Source: Azolla caroliniana
Lineage: Eukaryota > Plantae > Polypodiophyta
Reading direction: 5' to 3'
Assembly: GCA_043228905.1 (NCBI GenBank)
Contig: JBHGNT010000116.1
Location: forward strand, 1-64,000
Length of the DNA: 64,000 bases
Part shown: in pieces, positions 12,218 through 25,343 of the stretch
How the letters are laid out: every line of letters begins with the position of its first letter
Numbering within the stretch: the stretch's first letter is position 1
Made by a program: the position numbers and the translations under genes
Notes under the pieces: model-generated
Told to the model about the DNA's origin: nothing
The model's database searches: none
The model's input: the letters and a program-made list of their open reading frames with translations, nothing else

Positions 12218-15200
12218 ATGGCTAGCTCGCTTCCTGTGGAGAAGCTCGACAGATCTAACTACGCATCTTGGTCATACAAGGTGCACCAGTACTTGCTTGG
12301 GCATGGCTACTAGAGCTATGTTGACGGAGCTAACGACACAGCACTTGATGCGGCACACAAGGACTTCCCGGTGTGGGAACAATTAGCAAGCAGAGTGATG
12401 TACTGCTTTGCGTCCAATGTCGGAGACCAGCTGCTGAGCCACGTCTGAGATGCCAAGATGCCAAAAGAGGCTTGGGGAAACCTGAAGAAGGTGTTCGCCG
12501 CAAGCACTACAGTCCGGAAGCTGCAACTCTGACAGGAGTTGAGCAATGTCCGACAGAAGGACATGTCGGTGGTTGATTACACGGCCCGAATCAAAGAGAT
12601 CTATGACTCGCTTGCCTCTATCAACGTCACGGTAGAGGAAGATGAGATGGTACAGGTTTGTCTTGGGGGCCTGGCGTCTAAGTTTCGAGCTTTCCGAATA
12701 GCAGTATGTACGAGGGAGAATACGCCATCATTTTTCGACTTACAGTCGATGCTCCTTGTAGAGGAGAACCACGCCGGTGCGTCAACAAGTGCACCCACCG
12801 ACAGCCGGATGTTGTACACGGAGGCGGATCGGCCCCGTGGGCGTGGTGGACAAGGCGGGTCGGCACACAATGGAGGCGGCCGGCAAGGGCAAGACCGACG
12901 ACACAGAGACCGTGCCGACAGCAGTTCCAGGACTTCCACAAGCAGGCGGAGTCGAGGTGGAGCTGGAGGCTGGCAAGACAAATCCGCCACGGAATGCTGG
13001 TACTGTGGCAAAAAGGGCCACAGAGAAAGCGAGTGTTGGAAGAAGCGCGCCGATTCGGACAGATCTGGATCCGGCAAAACCGGTCGGGAGAACCGGTAAA
13101 GCTCGCACTACGCGCAAGGATCGAAAGGTTCCGGAACCGGGAAGACCGGTAAGGGGCCAGCCTTGGTGATGAAACACGAGGCTAACTCGATGAAGAAGAC
13201 CACTTCCAAATCGGAGGAAGTGTGGTACGTTGATTCCGGTGCATCAAGTCACATGACGAACCACAAAGAGTGGTTCTCCTGCTTGGAGAAATCGGAACAA
13301 CCGGGAGTTGTCGAAACCGGAGACGACACTCCTCACAGAATCGTGCATGTCGGATAACTTCCCCTGAGCCACGTTGGACAGCGGGGAAGCTGATGAACGT
13401 ATTACACGTTCCGACTATCACGAAGAACCTGGTGTCGGTCGGATAGATCGTCAACCAGGGAATGCAGGTGCGGTTCGCACCTCGGGTGCTTCATTGAGGA
13501 GGAGGGCTAGATTATCGCGCAAGGGTGCAGAGATGGGAGGATGTTCATCCTCGACACCAATGACGTCGGCACTGCTTTGTTCGCCAAAGGACAGAAGGTC
13601 GAATCGGACATCAACCTGTGGCACAACCGGATTGGCCACATCAATTACCAGCGGCTTCAATACTTGCAAACGAAACAAGTTGTTTTCGGTTTGCCGAAGT
13701 TTAGTGGCCAGAAGGCCCAAGTATGTGAAGGTTGCCAACTCGGGAAGCAACACCGGCTTCCATTCCCCACCGAACAAAACCCTAGCCCTAACAAACTCGA
13801 TCTTATTCATTCGGATGTATGGAGCCCGGCACAGAACGTGAGTCTTGGCGGGAGTCGATACTTCGTCTCCTTCATCGATGACTATAGTCGACACACATGG
13901 ATCTATCTCATTGAGCGGAAGAGCGAAGTCTTTGACTGTTTCCGGAACCTCCAGAGCATGGTGGAACCGGAATCAGAGAGGAAGATCAAGTGCCTGCGGT
14001 CAGATGGCAGAAAAGAATACTTTTCCGGCCAATTCAACAATTATCTGCAGCAAACAGGAATTCGGAGAGAGTTCAACTGCAGATACACATCGGAGCAAAA
14101 CGGTGTGGCCGAAAGGAAGAACCGGTCGCTTGTCAACACGGCAAGGGCAATGCTGGAAGAGAAGAGCATGCCCCATTTCTACTGGGCGGAGGTGGTCCGG
14201 ACGACCGTCTACATCCAAAACCAGATCGGTGACAAGGTGTTTGCGCATGAGCTGTATTTCGGACGCAAGCCAAATTTGAGACACCTTCGGATTTTCGGCA
14301 GTATAGCATATGTGTACGTGCCGCATGAGAAGCAGAGGAAGCTGGATGCAAAATTGGAGAAGTGCATCCTCGTCGGCTACTCACATGAGCAAAAGGGGTA
14401 TAAGTGTTATAACCCCTGGATGAAGCAGGTCCGAGTTAGCCGCGATGTTGAGTTTGATGAGACGGCATCGTGGTATGCGGAGGATGAGGCTAGTGAGCCT
14501 GAACCGGCCCAGTTAGAAGATGATGAATCCGGGACTCAAGAAGAGAGTCTGGAATCGTTTCGGTTGAGTGGGCCGAACGAGAGAGTGGGTCAATCTGACC
14601 AGTCGAATGAGGAACCAGCGAGTAGTGAAGACTCTACCGTGCTCTCCCCGCGCAAGGAACCGAGGAGATGGTTCACACGCAAAGAGAAGGGGAAGAAGAA
14701 GATGCAAGATTATGAAACTGGTAATGATGAGTTGGATCGGAGCGGATCCGACTCCGGAAAGGAACATGACGGTTCTTCGGCACCGAAGACCGAACCGAGT
14801 AACATTGGGTTACGCCGGTCAACCCACCAGAAGGAACCTGTTAAGCGGTACGGGTACAATGAGTACATGACGCATCACTATGCGTACATGACCAAGGTGG
14901 CGGAAGTGCGTGCGCTGGAGAGCTACGCAGAAGTGGCAAAGGACGCACATTGGCGTGCCGCTATGGAAGAAGAGATGCGGGCACTTGATGCCAACGATAC
15001 CTGGTTGACCTTCCCCGTCATAGTAAACTGATCGGATGCAAGTGGGTGTACAAGGTAAAATACAACGCCGACGGTTCAGTTAACCGGTACAAGGCCCGGT
15101 TAGTGGCAAAGGGATACGCACAGACCCACGGAATCGACTATGATGAGACCTTCGCTCCAGTAGCGAAGATGACGACGGTTTGTGTGGTGCTGGCAGTTGT

Positions 15201-16920
15201 TGCGGCAAGGGGTTGGCATCTTCACCCGATGGATGTGAAGAATGCATTTCTTCAAGGAGATCTTGAAGAAGAGGTCTTTATGATACAACCCCCCGGTTTC
15301 CAGATGGAGATGAACAAGTCGGCGGTATGCCAGCTGAAGAAGTCACTTTATGGCTTGAAGCAAGCCCCCCGAGCTTGGAATGCGAAGATCACGCACAAGT
15401 TGCGTAAGATGGGGTTTGCGGCCTCCAAGTCCGACTCTTCGTTGTTCATCCGGCAAGGTCCGGATGGTCCGGTTTGCATCTTGTTGTATGTTGATGATCT
15501 GGTCATCACCGAACCCGGACTCGATGAAATCAGCCGAGTCAAGTCTCAGTTATCAGATGCGTTTGAGATGAAGGACCTGAGGGACCTTCATTATTTTCTT
15601 AGGATCGAGGTGATCCGAACCCCCGACGGCATATTGCTCTCACAAAGGCACTATGTGTTGAAAATGTTGTACAAGTTTGGCATGACGGAATGCCGACCTA
15701 TCTCTACTCCCCTGGACCGGAACCAGAAGCTCCGTCCCGACTCCGGACCGGCCTGCGATGAGAAACGGTTCCGACAAATTGTTAGAAGCCTTATATATTT
15801 GACCATCACCCGACCTGACATCAGCTATCCGGTCGGTGTGATTAGCCAATTCATGCAGAAGCCAACCGTAGAGCATCTTCAGTGCGCACACCAAATACTA
15901 CAGTATGTGAGCGGCACGAAGGACCGGGGACTGTTATACCGTCGAGGTATAACCGAAGAGCTGGTCAGTTACACAGATGCCGACTAGGGCGGCGATGCAT
16001 CAAATCGCCGATCAACCTCCAGTTATATGTTTTCCCTAGGTAGTGCGGTTGTTGCGTGGAGAAGCAAAAAGCAGCCAACAGTTGCTCTGTCGAGCACTGA
16101 GGCTGAGTATCGGGGTGCTACCATTGCCACCTGTGAAGCCATTTGGCTTCGGCGACTGCTACAAGACCTATAGATCGAGGTACCGACCCCGATTCTAATC
16201 TACTGCGACAACATAAACAGCATGCAGCTCGCCAAGAACCCTGTATTCCATGCTCGCACAAAGCACATAGAAGTGCATTATCACTTCGTGCATGAGCGTG
16301 TCCTGAGCGGTGAGGTCGAACTTCGGTATGTTCACACGGATCGGCAAGTTGCCGACATCTTAACCAAACCACTCGGATCAGAAAAGTTGCAGCACTTCAC
16401 CGAAATGCTTGGTGTTCAGCATCTTGACGTGCCACACTTGAGGGGGAGAACGGGCAAAAACACTGGAACGGGCAAAGGCAAAGAGACTGTCGCATGCGCC
16501 GGTGAGGGAAGAACCGATAAAGGGAGAGTCAAGAAGAAGAAAGGAGCCGAATCGACAAAGGAAGTCGACACATCCGAACAAGTCGGAACAAGCGGTAGCG
16601 GCGGCAGAGTCAAGAAGGACAGAGCCGACCGGAAGAAGAAGGCCAAGACCCAGACATGGTTCGATGTGGTGAAGGGCCTAGAACCAGAAGAAGAATCGGG
16701 AGCAACCGATTCAGACAAAAGCTGGAACGAATCGGAGAGAGTCAATTCGGTTCAACAGACAAATTCGGAAGAACCGGGTCAATTCAAGGCCAAGAGGACG
16801 ACAAGGCAGCGAAAGTCGACGCCAACACGAAGGAATCGGCGAACCGGCACACGCCGAAGTCACAACAGCGAGGGAGCGGAATTAGGCCTGTTGAACAGAC
16901 AAGCCGACCGAGGAGGTTGA
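12218..16920 (+). pseudogene. Copia gag-pol with stops and frameshifts
   Basis: CWYCGKKGHRESEC, WYVDSGASSHM, LWHNRIGH, LRSDG, QNGVAERKNR, YKARLVAKG, LLYVDDL, RTKHIEVHYHF. Confidence 0.93.
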
Positions 16921-19900
16921 GGTGCGCAGAACAAGAGGGGTCGTGGCAAACAGAACCGGACCGGATGAGGAGCGCGAGCAAGGCGGAGTGACACCAGAAG
17001 GAGCCGGGCAGAAGGAACAGTTGCCACAGACGTTGACACTATGATCGAATCTCAAGTTGAGCTTGAGGGGGAGTGTTGAGCGGCAAGCTCAATTGGAGCC
17101 GGATCGGCTAAATAAGCCTGAGCCGGTGAGCCGATGAGCACCTGGTGAGCTGGGGAGCCGGTTAGTCGGATCCATCAGTAACCGGAAGCAGCTAGACTAC
17201 TAGGGAGTTATTACTCTTGTAGTTAGTGTCAGACGCTCAAGTGAGCATTGAAGTACACCGTTGTCGCGTTGTTACACGCGTGCGTGTAGAAGGGGCGGGA
17301 CCACGGGGGTCTCGGACTAGGGAATAGAGGAGAAAGAATAAGATATGTTTGGAAGCTTAGCTCAAGAGGAGAAGAAGAAAGAATAAGATCATGACATAGG
17401 AGGAGAGATCGGCGGATGTAAGATACTCAACAAGATGTATAAAACAAACGAATGATTACAACAATGGTGGCTACCTGGGCCGCACCAAACGACTATGAGA
17501 AAACCCTAACCGAAGATGAATAAGGAAAACCCTAAACAAAACCCTAACCCTAAAACGGTAAGAACTCTAGACTAAGTGGTATACCTCTCATACGCAAAAT
17601 AGGCAACCCCTTCATAAGTGACCCCTCCCTTCCTTTTATAGCCCAAGGAGGGAGGGACCTTACAATGTGGGATAAAATTTTCCCCTCTCTTTCTATACAC
17701 CATATCCTAGTATACATGTGCACATGTTGCACACCACCGACTTGCCCTTTCCACCCCGGTTTCCGCCTATGGACGAAAATCTTCACGACATCCGCCCCCA
17801 CCAAACCACACATCCACCGGTATGTGCCAAGAAGGGGAAAGAGGTGAGATTTTTGGCCATGGCGGTCAACCGAGTCCTTAGCGTCTTTGTCAGCTTTGCC
17901 TGACTTCGTCTTCCACTTCGAGCAAGCCCATCCGTCCCACATGGACCACCGTAGCCTCCTGGCCCGCCATATCCGTCGTTTGCTCTCGAACCGTCGGCTC
18001 CATCCGATCCACCATACTCGACGGAGTTCGCCGAACCACTGTCTCCGCTCGGTCCGCCAGACCCGGTCTTCGCAAACCTCTCTTTGCCTTCCTCAGTTTT
18101 CCGTGCGCGACCTTGGACCAAATCCTCGTTCTTCCCGACTGTTTGCCGAATATCGCACCGTGTTCTCTTCGTCCACGCATGTCTTGCCTCGGCCGCTTCC
18201 TCGACTCGGCACTGTCGCGCGCCGAACTTCGTCGTCGCTCATCCTCATGCTCGTTGCTCGGCCCTTACGCGGCCACATCGCACGTCTCGCAGTTCGCTCC
18301 GCTTTGCGTACCATTTCGAAAAGGTACGTTGCTTCCCCAACATCCGTGTCGGTGCTCTCGTCTTCGGTGTCCTCCGCAACCTCCGATGTTGCCGCTTCTC
18401 CCCGAGGTACACCCTCTTGGTCCATCTCGTATGTCCTCTGAATGCGATCCGGATCTCTCCGATCGCACTCCGGTTTCTGCCCTTTGCTTGTTGCTCCTTT
18501 GGGTTTATCGTCCCCGCATGCCGAACACCTCGGTGTGTCGACTCTTCCCGCTCCGCGCTTGCCTTCCGTAGGCTCTTCCCGTGCGCCGATGTTGTCCCCC
18601 TAATATACGCTCATTCTTTGGCCCTTAGGCGACCCCATTCCGCGTTCCTTGCTTCTCCTTTGCCCGTCGTGCTCTCTCGTCGTAGAGTGTACCGTCATCC
18701 CGACCTTCGTGTCGGTGTCCCTCGAGGCTCCCGTTACCGCCTCGCCTTGACTTGCGCCCTCTTGGCCCGCTTGGCCTTGCATGCCCTCCGGGAAGCCGCT
18801 GCGTTTTCTCTTCCCGGTGTGTACCCCGTTGTTCTCCGCGTACCATCCTTTGCTCTCGCCTCCCATCCGCCGATCCCGGCAACTCACTGCTTCGTCTCCT
18901 ACCGCGTGCTTGCCTCTCAAAGGCTCAAGTGGTCCGTCGTTGCCGGTCACTCGTTGCCGCTCTTCCGGGTGCATGCTTGCTTCTTGGCCCTTTGCCGGCC
19001 GTAGTGCATGATCCGTTTTACGCCGTAATGCATGCTTCATGTTACACGCTTCTCCCGCCGTAGTCCCGACCTCCGCGTCGGCCTCTTCTCCCTTAGTTGC
19101 CGTAGCCCCTTCCCACCCCGGCTTATCGTCTTGGGCCCCCTCGTCCGTCATTCCGTATTGGATACCCGTTCCGATATCCTCCTCTTTGGTCTTACGTCGA
19201 TCCACAACCGCCAAAGTCTCTAGAATAGGTGGGGAGGGTCCCACTCGTTTCCGGTCTTCCACAGAACCGTAGTCATCATGCCCGCTTGGCCTCCTTCTCG
19301 TGCTCACCGGCTCCCACCGTGTGTTGCGACTCGTCTTCCCCAATCTCCAATCATGCCGGTTTGGTCCTTGCTCGGTTTGATCCTGATTGATCATGTTCTG
19401 GTTCGGTCGGCTCCCTTCCGTAATCGTAACCGGCCGGTACATATTTGTCAGAACAAATCCGGCCTTGCCAGCTCTTCTTCGGTTCCGGCTCGATTGACTG
19501 GACCCCGCTCCAATCTTCTTCCGCGTCGTCTTCCGGTCGTGTCGGATTATTGACCCGTTCATCTTCTAGTTCATCTTCCCAATTCTCTCCTCTTTGCCGC
19601 TCCCGACCTCTCCGTCGGTCCTCTTATATAAGCCCATTCCGGGCCTTGCATCCTCATCTTCGTACTTGTTCGCTCCGGGGAACGCCTCCTCACGGCCACC
19701 GCCCTTCTCTCCGGTCTTATGTTGGCATTCGAGCGCAACCACCGAAGTCTCCGGCCCCGATGTCGAGGGGTCTCTCCTCCGTCCGCTACGACCTTCCTCG
19801 TCGTCGTTTCAGTCACCCGCTTTGCCGCCACCATCTTCCGTCTCTCCGGTCTCACGTGGGCTCTCAGGGCCGGCCGCCGAAGTCTCTAGAATAGGTGTGG

Positions 19901-20137
19901 GAAAAGTCCCGGTACCGTTACTCGCCGATATCATGTTCGTAGCCACCTTCGTTCGGACGCCGTGGTCCGTGGCTATATCTTCCTCGTTCTCCTTGTCGTT
20001 GTCTTGGTTGCCCGCCTTGCCGCCGCCACCGTTCATCACTCTAGGTCTCACACCGGCTCTCGGGCTTCCATCACGATCTTTGCCATCATCTCCTCAAAGT
20101 CGAAGTCTTCTTCCATCTCCATGCTCCCTTGCCGCCC

Positions 20138-20155
20138 TTCACGTCGGGTTCACCA
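20138..20155 (-). promoter_or_regulatory. PBS complementary to tRNA-Trp 3' end (also 37933-37950, 39266-39283, 52234-52251, 57062-57079)
   Basis: TGGTGAACCCGAC(G/A)TGAA lies 3-4 nt from each 5' LTR. It matches my recollection of the plant tRNA-Trp end ...TTCACGTCGGGTTCACCA. Confidence 0.85.
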
Positions 20156-21153
20156 AAGATGTCGCGTTGTTACGCGCGTGCGTGGAGAAAGGCAAGACCA
20201 CGGGGGTCTTGGACTAGGGAGTGACGGAGCGTAGGAAGTCGTACTTCACCGTTTCCGGGCATCCCAGAAGCACACCGGAAGCAACCGAAAGGAGAGAGAG
20301 AAAGAGAGGGAGCGCACGCTTGACACCGACTCGCACACACACACACACACACACACAGGCCGACCCGACTCACGCCCTTATGTACAGGAAACGCAGGAAA
20401 GGGGGAGCACCCGACACCAACAGAGACATGAATATGCACAGACAGATGCAAATGTAAGTACTACAAGGGAAAGAATACAACCCCGGCTTCGAGCCGGACC
20501 AAGCTAGGGTAGGTTACAACAGCAGTCTACAACCAAGCCGCCGTTCGGGGAGCTCTCGGGCTCGTCACGCGGAGCGGGGTCTTGCACAGGAGACCGAGCA
20601 ACAACAACCCTCAACAGTCCACCCACACCGCGAAGAAGAGGAAGAAGAAGTAGAAGAAACCTAACTATAAACCTTACGGTATACCCTCTAACACAAAAAT
20701 GGGCAACCCCTTTCACAAAGGGCGTTCCCTTCCTTTTATAGAACAAGGAGAGGGATGCGTTACAATGTGGGATAAATCCCGACTTACATGGGATCGTCTG
20801 TCCCGACTGGACTACTCTTCGGCGCCATAAAGGCGCCCTCGTTATTCACACTAAATGTACAAGGGTGAGCACACATGTTGCACCCCGCCGATGTAGCCAA
20901 TGTTTCCCGGTTTCCGCCTTTGGCCGAAATTCTTCACGACATCCGCCCCCACCAAACTGCATGTCCACCAATACGTGCCAAATCCGGTGAAGGGTGAGAG
21001 ATTTCGGCCGGTGAGAAACCGGTCTTCCGTAATCCGCATCCCGGCTCGCTACCGGTTTGATCCGTCGGCTTCAGTTCTTCATTCGCACTTACCTCCCCGT
21101 AGGCTCATTCGACCCATCGATGGGTCCTCTGCCGTGATCTCCGTTGTACGCGT

Positions 21154-21870
21154 TGTCGTGAAGAAAACCGTCCATAGGCGGAATTGGCGCACCTAGGCGT
21201 GGGAACCGGTTCTTCACGCGCACAAGCTCCAAGTTGTACGAAGAAGCGAGTTAGGAGGATAATCGGCAGGAACGGGCCCTAACATAGGTGGAGACAAAGA
21301 CCGCGCGAACAGTCTTTTCGGTCGCGCGCGCGAGCTAAAGGACGGCCTGCTCGTCGGGCTATATAAGAGCAGGAAAGAGCTGTTGCGGAGATATATCGCG
21401 CGGAGAGGACGAAGTGCTGTCGGACCGTTTCTGGACGCTTCTCTCTCCCTGTTTCCTTCCTTCTTGAGCTCCATAGCTTTCTGTGCAGGGTTCCGAGGAG
21501 GCTCGCGCTGCTTCGAGGAACGCCCGAGTGCTTCCGGCAGCACCTCCAACCTGCTAACCCCCTTGCCCTGTTTTGTGCGTCGAAGCGAGCAGGCATCGGC
21601 ATCTGTTCGCCGGCCTGTTCGGTTGTAACCAACCTGTGCCCCATCGAGGGTTGTAGTAGTGTTAGCCATTTTCTTAATATACATATTAAGTCATTCGCAT
21701 CTGTCTGTGTCGGTGTCTGTTCGCGTTCTCCGTGCTGAAGGGCCGTGTCCCTGTGTATCCCCAGTCCTGCGTAGCCGGTCCTCTCTCTTTCTCCTCCCTC
21801 GCTTGCTCTTTGGTTCGAGACCCCCGCGGTCCCGCCTCGATTACACACGCACTTGCGTAATATCTCGATA
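21154..21870 (+). mobile_element. Solo LTR C
   Basis: TGTCGTGAAG...CTCGATA with GCGT on both sides and no PBS or PPT. Confidence 0.9.
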
Positions 21871-24146
21871 GCGTACTTCCGTTGGCCCTTGTTCGGCCGT
21901 ATGAATGCCCCACTCTCCGTCGTATGCCCGATGTCCTCCGCTTGAGGAACGCCCATAGTGGCCCGCTTGGCCTCCGTTGACCATTCGTGTTGTCCTGATT
22001 GCCGTCCCATGTTGTTTCGCGTTGCCTTCGTCCTCTCGTCGCCACCTTCCTTCTCCATGGTCTTACATCGCCGCGTCCACTTGAACCGCCATGGTTTCCG
22101 GAACGGTGTGGAGGATCCTTTTCTGGCCTTCTACGCGCTACATCCGAACCGCGCAACCTATCTCCGTGCTCGCCTTTCCGCTCCGGCACCTCCGGGTGCC
22201 ACATAACCTCGTCCGTTGTTTGGCACTACCTGTGCCGTACTTCGGTTCATTGCACGCCTTGTCGGCCCCTTTCCCGGCCAGATCGTGCATCGTCGCTCAC
22301 CCGCATACTGGTGTCCTCCACATCCGAGGAACACCCCGTAGTAACCCGCTTGGCCCTTCCCGTCTTCGTGCAGCTATAACAGGTCCTCAGTCTTCCGCTT
22401 GCCGTCATCCCCTCGCCCCCACCAGCTTGCCGTGTCAATCTTCGCTACTCTGACTAAGCTGCAGAGATCTACGAAGTGAGTGTGGAGGATCCTCCTCCGG
22501 ACTCCCTTGTCATCCCCTGACTCCGACCCTATGCAGTCCACTATGCACTCGTCACCTCGTTCCCGGCACCTCCCTTGTGTCGTCTTCCGCTTCCTTTGTT
22601 CGGCTCCGCCCGTGCCGAACAATGTCCCGTAGTCATGCTTCGATCCGGCCCACGATGGCCACTTGCGAGACTCTTGTTCCGTCCTAGGTGTGCCTTTCTG
22701 GCCTGACACACCTCCCCGTGTTCGCCCTACCGGCTACTTCCTCGTGTCTTCCGCGTAGTCGGGTCCCGTTTCCCGCCGCCACCAACCTTCTCTCTCGGTC
22801 TCATTTTGCCATGTTGGCCGAACTGCCGGAGTCTCTAGTTAAGTGTGGGGATCCCGTAGGACCAGACTTCCTTACGCCCATTCACCTCGTCGGAAGGTTT
22901 GAGATGGTCCGTAACCACCTTGCCGGCCTCATACCTCCTTGCCGTTTGTTGCCTCCTATCGTCCGATCACTTTCTCCTACCGCCACCGATCTCCCCTATA
23001 GGACTCACGTCGGCACTCGGGCCGTCTGCCGGATCGGTGTGAGTGTCTTCGTGGGACCTCCCCTTCTGGCTTCGGTTGCCCGCCTTGCCGCCGCCACTGT
23101 CCCTTACTCTAGGTCTCACGCCTCCTCTTGTCGTTGGCTGCCGGAGTCTCTAGAATCGGTGTGTGTAAGGTCACAGCTGCTCCGCTCTGCCTTCGCCATT
23201 CTCTTCTGTTGGTCTCATTCACCTACCACCATCGTCCTTTCCTATAAGACTCACGCAGGCTCTCGGGCCGACCGCCGGATCGGTGTGAGGATATCCATAG
23301 ACCGCCCATCCGTAGCCCTTTGCCTTCATCCCTTCGTCGCCACCGTTCGTCACTTTAGGCCTCGCGCCGGCTCTCGGGCCGACCGCCGGTTTCTGTAGAG
23401 CCGGTGTGAAGGATCCTCCTCGGGCTTGCCATATCTCTGACCCTTATCCCGGGTCTTCCTTCTTTCGTATGTCGAGAGGGTGGCTCGCTCCACACCCTCT
23501 CCTATGGTACCAACGTACCGTGTTCCCGGCCTCTTCGTAGGCCTGCTCTCTCCCTCCCTCCCAGAATGGGTTTCCGGAAGTCCGTTCCGCCCGGTTCTCA
23601 TCCGGGTCCATCCGTCATTCTCTGGATTGTCGGGTCCCATTCTCCAGTCGCCACCAGCCTTCTTCCTAGGTCTCACGTTGCCACGTTGGCCGAACTTCCG
23701 GGGCCTCTGGACTGGTGTGGGGATCCTGTAGGACCGGTCATCGTTCTCCTCTTCATCCCTTGTACTTCTCTCGAACTCGTCGTTTCTCTCCTCTTCGTGT
23801 TCTCGCCTCCATCTCCCATCTCCCTAGGTCTCACGTTGGCGCTCGTTACCGGCTACCTGAGGCTCCGGATAAGACGTGGTGCTTCCGTCCCATAACGATT
23901 TGCGGACGCTCGTTCGGGGTACTGCTCCCAAGTACGTTCGGTGAGAAGCATTTGGTCTATGATCAACCAAGCCCCGCCTGGGCTTGGTTCTCCAATATCC
24001 GTAGTTTCGGTTCTGATGCCGACCTCTCCGAACTCATTCTGAACCCTTGACCACTTCCCTTCCAATTCCCGACCTTCGCCCGGTCGGTCTTTCTCCCCAT
24101 GTAAAAGAGGGCGGCTCGTCCCGCACCCTCTTCCGTATCGGCACTT

Positions 24147-24629
24147 TCATGCCGAATCCGGCCCCGATCGAACGATCCATGACCGGATTACGCTCCATCC
24201 AAATCGGAATGCCGATCTTCTCGTGTCGCCTCCGTCCTCGGCCTCCTCGCAAGCCGTTTCCCATCCATCTTCGCTGGCATCATGCCAGGACTCCTCGTCG
24301 GCGCCTTCCTTCTCTCCGGTCTCATGTCGGCACACGGGCATGACTGCCGGAGTCTCCGGAATCCACGTGGAGGGCTCTTCTCCGCTCCCGACCTTGTCCT
24401 CAGTCGGCAATTCTCCGCAAGTCGAGAGGGCGTTTTGTTCCACACCCTCTCTCGTGGTACCGTCGTGCCGATCTTCCGCCATCTCGTGGGGCAAGACTGT
24501 CTCCTCGGTCTCAGCTTGGGGCCTCGATCTTTCCTCTTCCTCGAGCATCGCCTCGAGAGCTACATATGCCTCCGCAATCCTAGCCCCAACGCCGACCCTT
24601 GCCAGCTCCCTTTGCCGTTCAGCCTCTTC
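24147..24629 (-). pseudogene. 3' half of element D Gag-like ORF
   Basis: Joins in frame with 39250-38591 once element E and one CCGC copy are removed (SQR|EEAERQ). Confidence 0.75.
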
Positions 24630-25343
24630 CCGCTGTCGAGGTATTCCTCGCGGATGCGTGGAATGAGGCGGGACCTCGGGGGCCTTGTACCGAAGAGCAA
24701 GAGAGAAAGGAGAAGGGAACCCACTACGTGCGAGCGTAGATTCGCAGGGACACGGCCCTTCGACACAAAGACGCGAGTGGGACAGTGACACAGATAGACA
24801 CGAATGTATGTATGTATTAACAAAGACAAACAACAAGAACACGAAGTCGGTTACAACCGAACAGGCCGGCGAACAGATGCCGATGCCTGTTTGTAAACGC
24901 ACAGAAAGAAAGGAGTAGGTTGGAGGTGTTGCCGGAAGCACTCAGGCATTCCTCAGAGTAGCGCGAGCGTCCCGAAACCTGCGCAAAAAGAAGCTATGGA
25001 GTTTGGAAGAGAGAGAAGCCTTCGGCCCACAATCCGACAACACTTCGTCCTCTCTTACTTCGCGATCCCTTTTTCCCTCCTCGTCTCCCTCCATTTATAG
25101 GCAAGGAAGGAGCCGTTTCCTATTAACTTCCTACCTACCGACTCTACCTACCTAGGATCGTGCATGACCCTAATTCTCTCTTATGTACACCATAAGGCGT
25201 ACACGCATGAAGAGCCGGTTCCTATGCTCCGGCACACCGATTCCGCTCGTGGATGGTTTTCTTCACGACATCCGCCCCCACCTAACCGCGCATCCACCGG
25301 CATGCACCAAATCGAGTTGGGACGGAGAAAACCGGTCCAGCCT

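Noticed and set aside
17550-24941. Many long overlapping ORFs on both strands in B and D interiors
   Set aside because: GC-rich, stop-poor shadow frames with no motifs; only the D Gag frame has homology support.
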